The notes: generated from the sequence alone by a model not told the origin. Counted from the first letter of the stretch, positions 50,113 to 62,578 are shown. The stretch is DNA of 64,000 bases from a bacterium (GCA_035530295.1 DATKVB010000014.1:161077-225076); one strand, 5' to 3'. Numbers and translations are program-made.

Positions 50113-50849
50113 CGGGAAGCCCCACCCATGGTGAAAAACAGCGGGCGTGCGTCATTATGGCGGGTGATTCGTCCCTTTCCCCGGAGCGTCCTGGCTCGGC
50201 GCTCGCCTATTCCGACCAGTCCGATGACAACAAACGACAGCGCGACCGTTATGCCAAGGTACACGTTGGCTTCTGTGCTGCGGCTTCCCTCGACGGCGCT
50301 GTACAGGGCCAAGGGAATGGTCTGGGTTCTTCCGGGGATGTTTCCCGCTATCATCAGTGTTGCCCCGAATTCGCCCAGCGCCCTCGCGAATGACAACGCC
50401 ACACCGCTGAGGATGCCCGGAGCCGCCAGTGGAATGGTAACGCGCCGCCAGAGGCGGCCCTCATCAATGCCCAGCGTCCGCGCCGCGTCGATGAGACGTT
50501 GATCCACGCTCGACAACGCGGCCTTGCAGTTCTGGTACATCAGCGGCAGCGATACGACGACCGCGGCGATAACCGCGGCCATCCGGGTGAATACTACTTG
50601 CACGCCGATACCGGACAGGAGGGCTCCGACCGGCCCGCGCTTTCCCAACATCAGAAGGAGAAGGTAGCCGGTTATCGTAGGCGGGAAAACCATCGGAAGC
50701 ATGATCAATGTCTCCCAGAAACCCTGGAAGTGTATATGCCTGTAGGTAAGCAGCCGGGCCATAGCAAGCCCGACTGCCAGCGTCACCAGCGTCGCCATCG
50801 TCGCGACGCCGAGCGAGAAGACGACGGGCTGGAGCGGACCCGGCATCAT
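50109..50849 (-). CDS. modB: Molybdate ABC transporter permease
   Basis: LPMVFPPT..GY, DAARTLG, FARALGEFGAT, GNIPGRTQTIP. Confidence 0.9.
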   Translation of the reverse strand: MMPGPLQPVVFSLGVATMATLVTLAVGLAMARLLTYRHIHFQGFWETLIMLPMVFPPTITGYLLLLMLGKRGPVGALLSGIGVQVVFTRMAAVIAAVVVSLPLMYQNCKAALSSVDQRLIDAARTLGIDEGRLWRRVTIPLAAPGILSGVALSFARALGEFGATLMIAGNIPGRTQTIPLALYSAVEGSRSTEANVYLGITVALSFVVIGLVGIGERRARTLRGKGRITRHNDARPLFFTMGGASR

Positions 50850-51622
50850 GGGATGGCGAAACCCGCCTCGGCGAAGGCTTTTCTCGCGGTGTCGGTACCC
50901 AGGAACTCTATCAGTCTAGCCGCCGCATCGGCATGTTTGGACGCGGTGACGACGGCTATCGGGTACACAACAGGATTCGCCAGAAGTGAATCCGGGAACT
51001 GGTAGAGCCTGACCAAGGGGCTGGTCCTGGATACGGATGCCGCGTCCGTCAGGAACACGATGCCCAGCGGAGCCGAACCGGATTCTACATACTGCAGCAC
51101 CTGCCGCACGTTGCCGCCCAGGACCAGTTTCTTCTCGACGAGGCCGTAGAGCCCCAGCGACTTGAGTGCCTCGACGGCGTACGCGCCGGCTGGCACCGAA
51201 TCAGGGTTGCCGATGGCAAGGATCCTGGCCTGGGAGAGGACTGCGGCCAGCTCCTCGCGTGATACCGGGTTCTTGCGCGTTCCGTCGCCTACAAGAACCA
51301 TGGCATTGGACAGCATGTCCCTGCGCGTTGCCGCCACGATGAGGCCGGATTTCTCGAGTGTATTCATGTGCGATGTCGCCGCGGAAAAGAATACGTCGGC
51401 CGGCGCCCCTTGTTCGATCTGGGCTCTCAGCGTACCGGAGGCTCCGAAATTCAAGATAAGCGACGCGCCGGTATAGTGCTCCGCCTCCGGCTTGAGCGCA
51501 GTCAGCACATCCGTAAGGCTGGCGGCCGCCGACAGCACGACCTCCTGTTTCTGCGCGGCGACTGGGAAGGTACAGGCGAGCATGGCAAGCGCGATAACGG
51601 CCAGGAATTTGGTTCTCTTCAT
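50846..51622 (-). CDS. modA: Molybdate-binding periplasmic protein
   Basis: SAAASL, FGASG.L..QIEQGAPADVF.SA, VPAG.YA, NVRQVL. Confidence 0.92.
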   Translation of the reverse strand: MKRTKFLAVIALAMLACTFPVAAQKQEVVLSAAASLTDVLTALKPEAEHYTGASLILNFGASGTLRAQIEQGAPADVFFSAATSHMNTLEKSGLIVAATRRDMLSNAMVLVGDGTRKNPVSREELAAVLSQARILAIGNPDSVPAGAYAVEALKSLGLYGLVEKKLVLGGNVRQVLQYVESGSAPLGIVFLTDAASVSRTSPLVRLYQFPDSLLANPVVYPIAVVTASKHADAAARLIEFLGTDTARKAFAEAGFAIP

Positions 51623-51638
51623 AGGGGGCTCCTCTTTA

Positions 51639-51655
51639 TACTCATTCGATGAGTA
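51639..51655. promoter_or_regulatory. Palindromic operator between the modA promoter and RBS
   Basis: TACTCAT-TCG-ATGAGTA; TTGACG-N17-TACAAC lies just upstream on the minus strand. Confidence 0.55.
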
Positions 51656-51922
51656 ATCATAGACTGTTGTAACACAGCCCCTTCAAGCCGTCAATCGGGA
51701 TAGGGCAGCGAGTGCAGTCCTTGTCGAACCTGGTGTGCCGAGTCTGGTAGATATTCGGGCGACTTTCTCGGTACTGCAGATCGTCATTTCTTCCCGTGCG
51801 CTGGAAGCCAAACAGCCCCTGTCGGCGCTTATTCCGAGCGGATGGGGCGCAATCGTGGCGGCTTGACAGGTACCGCGGCTGCCTCCTACGGTATGGTAAT
51901 GGATAGAACTGCACGTGGATCG

Positions 51923-52474
51923 ATGACAAGGCACTTTGGCGATTTACGCCCCGAGTTCGTTCCGCTAGGCTTCCTGGTTGAGGAGCCCACGCATGGCTAC
52001 GAGCTATACAGGCGCTTCAGCGAGACCCTCGCGGGCCTGTGGCGCTTGAGCGAGAGCCAGATGTACGCGACCCTGAAGCGGCTCGAATACCATGGGCTCA
52101 TCGAGAGTTCAGCACCGGAGAAGGGTTCAGCCGCCTCACGCCGGGTCCTGTCACCAACCGCTGGCGGACGAAGGCTGTTTGACGCATGGCTGGCCGAGCC
52201 CACCGTGTGCAGCCCGCGTGTGCTTCGACTGGAATTCCTATCGCGCCTGTTCTTCGCCAGGCGTATGGCTCCAGACTCGATAGCCGGAATGTTCGCTGAC
52301 CAGCGGGTCCTCGTCTCAGACGCGCTCGGCCGCCTGGGCGAAAGCCGGGGTCATGATACAGCCGGATTCGATGTATTCGACCTGGCTCTGGCTTTCAGTG
52401 AGAGCCAGTTGCGTTCGGCTCTGGCCTGGCTCGATGCGGACGTGGCGCCAGCTCTGGAGAGGGATAGGCATTGA
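51923..52474 (+). CDS. PadR family transcriptional regulator
   Basis: HGYEL, SQMYATLKRLE..GLI, T..GR..F..WL. Confidence 0.85.
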   Translation: MTRHFGDLRPEFVPLGFLVEEPTHGYELYRRFSETLAGLWRLSESQMYATLKRLEYHGLIESSAPEKGSAASRRVLSPTAGGRRLFDAWLAEPTVCSPRVLRLEFLSRLFFARRMAPDSIAGMFADQRVLVSDALGRLGESRGHDTAGFDVFDLALAFSESQLRSALAWLDADVAPALERDRH

Positions 52475-52498
52475 GGGACATGCCACCGGGCGCTTTCG

Positions 52499-53272
52499 CT
52501 ACAGCGTGCCTTTGTACATGCCGCCGTCGACGGTCAGCGCGACGCCGGTTATGTAGGACGCGGCCGGTGACAGGAGGAATGTCGCGGCGTTCGCGAACTC
52601 CTGTGGCGTGGCCATCCTTCCCAGTGGGCAATCCTGCATCTGCTTGGCCATTTCTTCATCGACGGTCGTGCCATTGGCTTTGGCGCGCGCACCGAGGAGA
52701 TCGCCGACCCGTTCTGTCTCCGTCCATCCCGGCAGGATCGAGTTGAAGCGAATGCCTTCAGCGCCGAGCTCGAGGGCCAGCGACTTTGACAGGCCCACCG
52801 TCGCGGCGCGTACGGCATTTGAAAGGACCAGGCCTGGTATCGGTTGCTTTACAGAATAGGAAGCGACGAAGAGGACACTTGCATGGCGGGATTTTCTCAG
52901 GTATGGCAAGGCAGCCTTGACCAGCCTGACCGCGCTCATGAATGACAGGTCGACGGCGTTGGCCCAGGCTTGTTCCCCGAACGACTCGAACGGACCGGCA
53001 GGCGGTCCGCCCGCGTTGCACACGAGGAGGTCAAGCCCGCCCATCAGCCTGGCTGCCTCCGCGACAATAGCGGCTGGCGCTTCCGGGTCATGCAGATCCC
53101 CGGCGGTGGCAAACCCGCCTATCGAGTCTGCCGCGGCTCTGAGTCGGGGCGCGTCGCGGGCATTGATCGTCACCGTCGCGCCTTCTTTGGCGAGCACTGT
53201 CGCCGTTGCCAGCCCCAGGCCCTTCGAGCCGCCCGTCACAAGCGCGCGCAGTCCCTGTACACCAATATCCAT
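52499..53272 (-). CDS. SDR family oxidoreductase
   Basis: TGGSKGLG, NAGGPP, SNAVR, NSILPG..T, ASYITG..L.VDGG. Confidence 0.9.
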   Translation of the reverse strand: MDIGVQGLRALVTGGSKGLGLATATVLAKEGATVTINARDAPRLRAAADSIGGFATAGDLHDPEAPAAIVAEAARLMGGLDLLVCNAGGPPAGPFESFGEQAWANAVDLSFMSAVRLVKAALPYLRKSRHASVLFVASYSVKQPIPGLVLSNAVRAATVGLSKSLALELGAEGIRFNSILPGWTETERVGDLLGARAKANGTTVDEEMAKQMQDCPLGRMATPQEFANAATFLLSPAASYITGVALTVDGGMYKGTL

Positions 53273-53302
53273 ACCATCCTCCTGTCGGTTGCAATGAGTA
53301 GA

Positions 53303-55771
53303 CTATGAACCAATGCGCCGGCTTTCTGCCAGCATGGTCTTGCCAGCGAGGCCTATGGCACTCATCGATGCCTTTGATATCAGTATCGCCGGCGGTGCCA
53401 ATATGGCTTGTTGCAGTGCGACTTCACGTTTGATCGGTCCACGGTTGATGAGGTCGCAGACATCATCGATATCGGCGGCCTTCATGAAGAAGTATCCCTG
53501 CAGCGCCCCGCATTTTCGCTCTTCAAAGTAGGTCCATTGCTCCTCGGTCTCTATGCCTTCGGCCACGATATCGAGATCGAGACTATGGCCCAGATTGATG
53601 ATGGCATTCACGACCTTCTCGTTCTGCAACTCGGCTAGATGCATCACGAACGATATGTCTATCTTCAGCGCGTCTATGGGTAGCCGCGACAAGTAGGCCA
53701 ACGAAGAATAGCCGGTGCCGAAATCATCAACCATGAATGCTATGCCTGGCAGCCGCTGTTTTATTTCCTTTATGCGCTCGATCGCATCCCTGGTGTTGTG
53801 CATGATGGCGGATTCGGTAATCTCGAGCTTGAGACGCGATGGTGACAGCCCCGAATTTCTGACTATGCTTTCAAGGTTGTCTATGTAATTAGGCTGTTCG
53901 AACTGTATGCTGGATACATTGACGGAGACATAGATGTGGTCATGGCCACGGTCATGCAGCCGCTTGGTATCGTAGCAGGCACGCCTGAGCACCCAATCGC
54001 CCAAGGCTATGATAAGCCCGTTCTGCTCCGCTATCGGTATGAAGACCGATGGCGGTACTTGATCACCATCGGCCCGCCGCCAGCGTATCAGTGCTTCCAT
54101 GCCACGCACGATGCCATCGACACCGACGATGGGCTGGTAGAACAGCTTGAATCCGCCACTGCCAAGCGCCGACTTCATTTCCTGCTCGATATTCCAGCGT
54201 TCCATCGCCTTGGCCGAAATGGTTGGGTCGAAGATCGTGTAGCGATTCCTTCCATCCTCTTTTGAGCAATACATGGCAATGTCTGCGCTCTTGGTGACCT
54301 CTTCCAGTGACTGTCCGTGTTCCGGTATCAGCGCCACACCGATCGATACACCGACATTGACGCGACTCCCGGCAACCTTGGTCTTGGAGCGCAGGATGAA
54401 TGGTTCGGAGACACTCGACAGTATCCGCTCCGATACGGCGATGCCATCGGATGGATCCTTGATGCCGGAGAGCACAACGACGAACTCATCGCCGCCAAAA
54501 CGGTACGGGAAATCATGCTCGCGCAGGCATACCCGGATGCGCCGCGCCGTCTCGATGAGCAGCTCATCCCCAGCGTCGTGTCCGAGCGTATCGTTGACAT
54601 GCTTGAAGCCATCAAGGTCGAGGAAAAGAAGACACGAACGCTTGCTTTGGTCATTCGCGATCGACTGCAACAGCGTTGTCATGTCTTCGTTGAAGAGTTC
54701 ACGGTTGCCCAAGCCTGTCAGCTTATCATGGTATGCCAGATGCCTCAGCTTGCGTTCCAGTGTCTTGCGTTGCGAAATATCCCTGACGACACAGGTAAGT
54801 GTGCGCCCCATGTAGTCCTTTGAGTTGCCAAAGGACATCTCCATCGGGGCGACGCCGCGATGTTTGGTAGTTCCGAGGAACTCGAAGGTTCGCTTGAGCC
54901 CCAAAGCGACGCGGTCCTGATCATCAACATAGAAGTACTTCTTGAATTCGGGCTCGTATATCGCAAAGACCTCTGGCGGGAACAGGAGGCTGAACGGCTT
55001 GCCTACAACCTCATCGCGCTCCCAGCCAAAGGTGTTCTTGATACCGGAATTGGCAAAAATGATCCTGAAATCACTGTCCAGCCTGAAAATTGCCTCGGTG
55101 ATGGTCTCGGACAGCGCGACGTAATGCTCTTTGCTCTCCTTGAGCTGCAAGAAGAGCGAGTGGTCGAATGAGAGGTCCCTGATCAGCATCAGGACCGCCG
55201 GCTCTCCTCTGAGCTGTATCGAAGACAGCAGGCAGTCCATCGAGACAATACCGCCATCGTGTCGCTTAGCCCGGAAGGCCAGAATATCCCCTGGAGTGAT
55301 GCCGCGCTGGGCGCTCGACCGAATCGAGAACTCGGCCAGTCGTTCATGAAAGGCGCCACGATAGGTATCGGGCAGCAGCTCGAATATGGCCAGCCCTATC
55401 AGCTCGCTCTTCGCGTATCCGAATGTCGCATAGAATGCATGGTTTGCTTGCAGGATGATACCGGCGGGTGACGTTATCAGCACGGAATCCTGAACCCCGT
55501 CAAGGAGTATCTCCAGGCTGACTTCTGATTCCTCGCCTTCTTCCTCAAGTCTGATCGAATAGCTCTGGACTATCCGCTCGAGCAACTGAGAAAAGATCGA
55601 GGCCTCGGGGTCCGAGGCGTTGTCCTTGCGCTCGGCCGCATCTGTGGTCGGCTCCTGTGTTGAGGTTGTGGTCAGCCTGTCCAGCAGACCTGACAGATCC
55701 TGAGGCGTCCCTTCCGTCTCTGCCGCGCCCATCGAGCGCACGAGGTCATGAACCTCCATACTTTTTTGCAT
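53303..55771 (-). CDS. PAS-PAS-GGDEF-EAL c-di-GMP enzyme
   Basis: Two PAS domains; D.LTGL.NR, REHD I-site, GGDEF; EALIRW, EITE, DDFGTGYSSL. Confidence 0.93.
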   Translation of the reverse strand: MQKSMEVHDLVRSMGAAETEGTPQDLSGLLDRLTTTSTQEPTTDAAERKDNASDPEASIFSQLLERIVQSYSIRLEEEGEESEVSLEILLDGVQDSVLITSPAGIILQANHAFYATFGYAKSELIGLAIFELLPDTYRGAFHERLAEFSIRSSAQRGITPGDILAFRAKRHDGGIVSMDCLLSSIQLRGEPAVLMLIRDLSFDHSLFLQLKESKEHYVALSETITEAIFRLDSDFRIIFANSGIKNTFGWERDEVVGKPFSLLFPPEVFAIYEPEFKKYFYVDDQDRVALGLKRTFEFLGTTKHRGVAPMEMSFGNSKDYMGRTLTCVVRDISQRKTLERKLRHLAYHDKLTGLGNRELFNEDMTTLLQSIANDQSKRSCLLFLDLDGFKHVNDTLGHDAGDELLIETARRIRVCLREHDFPYRFGGDEFVVVLSGIKDPSDGIAVSERILSSVSEPFILRSKTKVAGSRVNVGVSIGVALIPEHGQSLEEVTKSADIAMYCSKEDGRNRYTIFDPTISAKAMERWNIEQEMKSALGSGGFKLFYQPIVGVDGIVRGMEALIRWRRADGDQVPPSVFIPIAEQNGLIIALGDWVLRRACYDTKRLHDRGHDHIYVSVNVSSIQFEQPNYIDNLESIVRNSGLSPSRLKLEITESAIMHNTRDAIERIKEIKQRLPGIAFMVDDFGTGYSSLAYLSRLPIDALKIDISFVMHLAELQNEKVVNAIINLGHSLDLDIVAEGIETEEQWTYFEERKCGALQGYFFMKAADIDDVCDLINRGPIKREVALQQAILAPPAILISKASMSAIGLAGKTMLAESRRIGS

Positions 55772-55931
55772 CTTGGGAGTCCTTTCCCACAGAAAGCATT
55801 AATGATTACATAGTATAGTATAGAGAAAGAAGAAATTTGCTGAAAATCGAATGAATTTTTGGATGCTTCAGATTCTGGAACAACTGAAATGACGATTTTG
55901 TGGCTCCAGGCAAGCCTGGAGCCGGTGTCTT

Positions 55932-56600
55932 TCAGGCTGGCGGGCCATAAGGGGCATCGAAGCGGTGCCTGAACGCTCGATGCTTACGCAACTGGCTGTC
56001 CCAGTAGAGGTTCGATAGACCAACCAGCGCCATGATCCTGAAAACAAACTGTGTTCTGCTGTTCCATGTTCTAGGATGAGCCAGGTTTGCCTTGATTTCT
56101 TCCGGGAATACCCCGCTGACGGCCAGGGCACGGCCAGCTTCGCGAAATCGTTCTGCAGTTCTGGCCGTCATCCGGGTGGGCATGATGCGGTAACCTTCGC
56201 TCCCCGCCTTGATCAGACATCCGGCGTAGTCGAAGCCCAGGCGCAGTGCTGCCCTGCCGAGCCAGGTTGCACAGCTCTCCGATTGGATCGATTCAGGAAA
56301 CCCGGAATGGACAACACAGGCGAGCCTCTTGCCCTCCAGCGCTTCCTTGGGAAGAAGGGACAAGCTGTCGAATACTTCCTTGAGGATACCCGGAATGAAG
56401 TCCGTGTACAGGGGCATGGCTATAAGAATGGTTTCTGCCTCGGCTATACGGCCAAGCGTCATATCATGACCATCAGTGAGATCGATTCGGGACACCAGAC
56501 CGCCTCCGGCGCTCACCCAGCCTTCGATTACCCATCCGAGGATCACATTCGAATTGGATCCCTTGCCTCGTGGCGAGGCATTAAGCGCCAATAGCTGCAT
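55932..56600 (-). CDS. Flavodoxin-like / NAD(P)H-dependent FMN reductase family protein
   Basis: NASPRGKGSNS, AMPLYTD..PG..K, SGFPE. Confidence 0.75.
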   Translation of the reverse strand: MQLLALNASPRGKGSNSNVILGWVIEGWVSAGGGLVSRIDLTDGHDMTLGRIAEAETILIAMPLYTDFIPGILKEVFDSLSLLPKEALEGKRLACVVHSGFPESIQSESCATWLGRAALRLGFDYAGCLIKAGSEGYRIMPTRMTARTAERFREAGRALAVSGVFPEEIKANLAHPRTWNSRTQFVFRIMALVGLSNLYWDSQLRKHRAFRHRFDAPYGPPA

Positions 56601-57132
56601 CGGCGGCCTCCTCTGGCCCGGTGGCCGTCGTTGTCCAGTAGTCGACTCCACTCTTCAAATTGAGTGCGAAGCGGGAGAACAGCAGTGCGGCAAGATCCAA
56701 ATCCTCTGTGGTATCGCCGGAACCAGATGCAAGAGCCAGTGCGTGGCGGGGATAGTGGGCATAGCGGGCTCTGTGGTGGCACTCACCCTTCACGAGGGTT
56801 ATATATGGGTGAACCAGCGGTATCATCCTGTCCTGGCAGTGCTTTGCCAAGGATGACTGAGCTCCGAGCACGAGGGGTATTCCCCAGAAAACCAGATCGG
56901 CGGCGATAATTTCTTTGAGTACGTCTGACATGCCATCCTTGTGAATGCATACTCCCGGGCTTGTCCACCAGCAGTTCCAGCAGCCAAGACAGCGTTTGAT
57001 TCCCAAATCCCGGAGTCGCAGTTCCTGGATCGTGTGGCCTTTTCCCAACAAGCGTACTCCGAAGCGGCTCAGCCAGGGATCGAGGCCGTGCGCACCTGTC
57101 CCATCGTCCCCATTCATGATCAATACCTTCAT
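56581..57132 (-). CDS. Iron-sulfur flavoprotein / flavodoxin family protein
   Basis: IKRCLGCWNCW...PG.CIHKD.M, ADL, P...G..S...K...DR. Confidence 0.78.
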   Translation of the reverse strand: MKVLIMNGDDGTGAHGLDPWLSRFGVRLLGKGHTIQELRLRDLGIKRCLGCWNCWWTSPGVCIHKDGMSDVLKEIIAADLVFWGIPLVLGAQSSLAKHCQDRMIPLVHPYITLVKGECHHRARYAHYPRHALALASGSGDTTEDLDLAALLFSRFALNLKSGVDYWTTTATGPEEAADAAIGA

Positions 57133-57180
57133 GCTTCCTCCTTCGAGCGAAGTGAGATCATAGGTTCCTAATGGACACCT

Positions 57181-57234
57181 ATGTTGACATTGTCTACATG
57201 AAGGGTAGCGCGACATGTTGACAATGTCAACATG
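57181..57234. promoter_or_regulatory. Tandem palindromic TetR-type operators
   Basis: ATGTTGACATTGTCTACAT (57181-57199) and perfect CATGTTGACA-A-TGTCAACATG (57214-57234), between divergent tetR and flavoprotein genes. Confidence 0.8.
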
Positions 57235-57251
57235 CAGAGCGAAAATGAACC

Positions 57252-57902
57252 ATGTCAGCAGAAACAGACAGCTACCATCACCCGGAACTCAAGGCGCGTC
57301 TCCTCGAGACTGCTCGCCTGGAGCTTGCTCAGATGGGCGTCAGGAATTTTTCGCTCAGAGCCGTCGCTGGAAGGGCTGGGGTAAGCAGGACAGCGCCGTA
57401 TCGGCACTTCGAAGGACGCGATGGCCTTCTTGGAGCGCTCACTGCCCAAGGCTTTCTCGAGCTGACCGCGGCCCTGAGAGAGGCAGACGCAGGCTGCCCT
57501 GGCTCCTCGCTGGACAAGCTCCTTGCCCAAGGCTCGGCTTACCTTGACTTCGGTCGTCGTCGACCCGAGCTTCTTGAGCTGATCTTCTCCAACCAAGGCA
57601 TATTGGCGGTTATGAAGGACGCAAGCATCGGCAGAAGCCCTCCATCCGCTGACTACGATGCCTTCGGGGTTCTCGAAGCTCGCGTGGCTGCGTGCCAGGC
57701 TGAAGGGATCCTCTCGCTTGGACTGCCACCATATATGGTCGCTACCCTCGTATGGTCAACCGTCCACGGACTCTCGACATTGGAGCGCGAGGGGGTTCTC
57801 GGCCACATGGCTGTCGAGAGAGGTCTTGCTCCTGAAGCGGCGGCAAATACCATTCTTGGTGCTCTTCGCGGTCTATACCTGGGGCCGGATCTCAACAGCT
57901 GA
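57252..57902 (+). CDS. TetR family regulator (WHG-type C-terminus)
   Basis: YHH..L, FSLRAVAGRAGVSRTAPYRHF, WSTVHG. Confidence 0.9.
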   Translation: MSAETDSYHHPELKARLLETARLELAQMGVRNFSLRAVAGRAGVSRTAPYRHFEGRDGLLGALTAQGFLELTAALREADAGCPGSSLDKLLAQGSAYLDFGRRRPELLELIFSNQGILAVMKDASIGRSPPSADYDAFGVLEARVAACQAEGILSLGLPPYMVATLVWSTVHGLSTLEREGVLGHMAVERGLAPEAAANTILGALRGLYLGPDLNS

Positions 57903-58005
57903 TGGATGGCCAATCTTGGAACGCCTTTCTGGGACGGACGACATTCTTGATGCTTGCGTTCCATAATGGAATTCAACATGCTATCCTCAGGGAATGGAGG
58001 CTGTC

Positions 58006-58500
58006 ATGGCTGCAGTGTTGATAGGCTATTGGACGAAGACCGGTACCACCGGAGAGTATGCCGAAATACTGGGGCAGGCTATTTCCGCGGCGGGTCACAA
58101 GGTAGATGTGAAGCCATTGGCTGAGATCATCGATCCAGGTGATTACGATGCCGTGGTGCTCGGTGCTCCCATTAACGGCATGCGGCCGGTGCCTGAATTG
58201 ACAGCCTTCATCGCCACCTGTGCCCGTGAACTTGACGGCAAGCCGACGGCGCTATTCACGGTATCGTATATGTATGGCAAGGCTGCACGCGGTTTCAACA
58301 AGGCGATCGAGAAAGGAACCGCCAGGGCCGCCAAGGCTATGGGAGCGGAGACCTCTATGATATTCCCCGGCCGGGTTGCAGCGAATTTGCCGGGACCCGT
58401 TCGTTTTCTCTTTGGGGTTTCCAAGGATATGCCTCTGGACAGGCGAGACCCAGCCGCAATGAAGGCGTGGGCGAGTACGGTCGCCGCAATCCTTCCGTAA
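58006..58500 (+). CDS. Flavodoxin-domain protein (HemG-like)
   Basis: YWTKTGTT.EYAE, YDAVVLGAPI, D.RD...M.AW. Confidence 0.75.
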   Translation: MAAVLIGYWTKTGTTGEYAEILGQAISAAGHKVDVKPLAEIIDPGDYDAVVLGAPINGMRPVPELTAFIATCARELDGKPTALFTVSYMYGKAARGFNKAIEKGTARAAKAMGAETSMIFPGRVAANLPGPVRFLFGVSKDMPLDRRDPAAMKAWASTVAAILP

Positions 58501-58651
58501 CCCCGCAGATAGGTCTTCCTGAACAACCCTATGCTGCCCATACCATGCGTATCAGTGACAGTAATTCAAGTATTTCAATACTCTTTTGCAACATGAAAGA
58601 ATGGAAACAAAATGAAGCCAGAGCTTTCCACGGTGCATGTGTCCGGGCTCA

Positions 58652-58852
58652 TCATGAAGAATACCAGCGTGATGCTCGTCTCGCTGGTTGCCCAAAGCTT
58701 CGGACCAATGAGAACAATTCTCTCATATTCTCATATTTATCCCAGTGAATGATGTCTGCAAGTATCGCGCAGCGATTGTCAGGACGGAGCCTCCTGTCGA
58801 ATGAAATCGCGAAGTTGTCGAAGTCTGCCTGTCCTGTCGAGACTCTATACAC
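58652..58852 (-). pseudogene. Degenerate N-terminal fragment of an IS5-family transposase
   Basis: VYRVSTGQADFDNFAISFDRRLRPDNRCAILADIIHWDKYE...FGQPA resembles the MYR..Q..F..F...L.P.NRW..LA..IPW...E....F....G.PA start of IS5-type transposases; homology ends after GQPA. Confidence 0.6.
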
Positions 58853-59066
58853 ACCGTACCTCGAAGTGCACGCCCCTTTTTCGCATATCCTTGATTTCCG
58901 TGTACTCTTGCGATCCATTATGGCAAGCAATTACCTATATTGTAAATTTTTATTCGTTGTTCAGGATGCCCTGATCAGGGACTGACCCTGGTTGATCGGC
59001 CCCGGCAGGAAGGGAAGGCGTGACCCGGGTGACTGCTTGAAATCAGGTGGCCGAACCAAGGGTCGA

Positions 59067-60224
59067 TTACTTCTTGAGCAGAGCTGCAAAGGGATTGTAG
59101 GTGTCGCTTTCTGACCCGCTTTCCAGATACTTCCTGGCCGTTTCATCTTCCTCGAGGGAGGAAGCCTGTTTCAAGGAAATTCTCCTGCCTGCGATGTCGA
59201 CGCCCAGGATCTTTACCGTAAGAATCTGCCCAGGCTTTACGTTGACTCCCGAATTGCCGTACTTGCCTTCGCTCCTCATCTCGGAGACATGGATAAGACC
59301 ATCAAGACCGTTTTCCAGCGAAACGAACGCGCCAAAATCGGTAACACGTACGACCTTGCCGGTATGCTTGGAATCTGTGGGGTATTCTTCGAGCGCGTGA
59401 TCCCAGGGATCCGCCTGCAAATTCTTCATGCTTAGCGAAATCCGCTCGCTTTTCCAGTCAATCTTGATGATTGCAGCTTCGATTTCCTGTCCGATGGCCA
59501 ATACCGCGTTGATATCCTCGACGCGGGCCCTGCTGATTTCTGAAATAGGAAGCAGCGCCTGAATTCCATCAATGTCAACGAAAGCCCCAAATTCCTGAAT
59601 CGACCGAATCGACCCCTTGATGAGCATGCCTTCCCTTAGAGTCTCTTTCAGAGCTTCGATTCTTTCTTTATGGGCTTCTTCATGTATTGCCCTGTTGGAA
59701 ACCAGGATATTGCGGCCGTTTTCCTTGTATTCCTGGATCTTGAAGATGAGATGCTTTCCAACGTAAGTCTCCGCGTCTTGGGCCCGCCTTTGTCCCATCT
59801 GGGAAAAGGGACAGAAGGCCCGCGATTCACCTATCTTGACCTCGTATCCGCCTTTGATTTCCTTTTCGACGACGCCCTCGACGGGGATTCCGTTCCTATA
59901 TGCAGTTTCCAGCATCGCCGGACCAGCCTTTTCCCCGCTGATCCTGGTGGTAAAATTCATTTCCCCGTTCTTTGAATTAAGGAAGAAGACCTTGACCGTA
60001 TCGCCTTCCTTGACTGAGAGGTTCCCATCCTGGTCCGCCAGTTCCGCCCGTTCCAGCACGCCTTCGCTCTTGCCGCTCAATTGCAGAAAGATAGAGTCCT
60101 TCGAAATGGAGACTATGCACGTTTCAATCATTTGTCCGGGCTGCAACCGCTCTGTTTTGGTAAGAGTGCTTTCAAAAAGCGACGCGAATTCACTCGTGGC
60201 TTTGTCGGTGTTGTATTGTCTCAT
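59067..60224 (-). CDS. Ribosomal protein S1-like protein (about four S1 domains)
   Basis: KSEG, KGGYEV..AFCPFSQ, FGAFVDI.GI.ALLPISEIS, FGAFVSL..GLDGLIHVSE; C-terminal YNPFAALLKK. Confidence 0.88.
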   Translation of the reverse strand: MRQYNTDKATSEFASLFESTLTKTERLQPGQMIETCIVSISKDSIFLQLSGKSEGVLERAELADQDGNLSVKEGDTVKVFFLNSKNGEMNFTTRISGEKAGPAMLETAYRNGIPVEGVVEKEIKGGYEVKIGESRAFCPFSQMGQRRAQDAETYVGKHLIFKIQEYKENGRNILVSNRAIHEEAHKERIEALKETLREGMLIKGSIRSIQEFGAFVDIDGIQALLPISEISRARVEDINAVLAIGQEIEAAIIKIDWKSERISLSMKNLQADPWDHALEEYPTDSKHTGKVVRVTDFGAFVSLENGLDGLIHVSEMRSEGKYGNSGVNVKPGQILTVKILGVDIAGRRISLKQASSLEEDETARKYLESGSESDTYNPFAALLKK

Positions 60225-60296
60225 GTGGTTCACTCCCTGGTCGCGAATATCATAGCAGAAATTAGTCCTTATGGTCAGGCCCTCCATGATACGCCC

Positions 60297-62578
<2,282 letters not shown>

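Noticed and set aside
51660-51920. Moco riboswitch upstream of modA
   Set aside because: No matching core on the modA strand, and the putative promoter lies close to the start codon.
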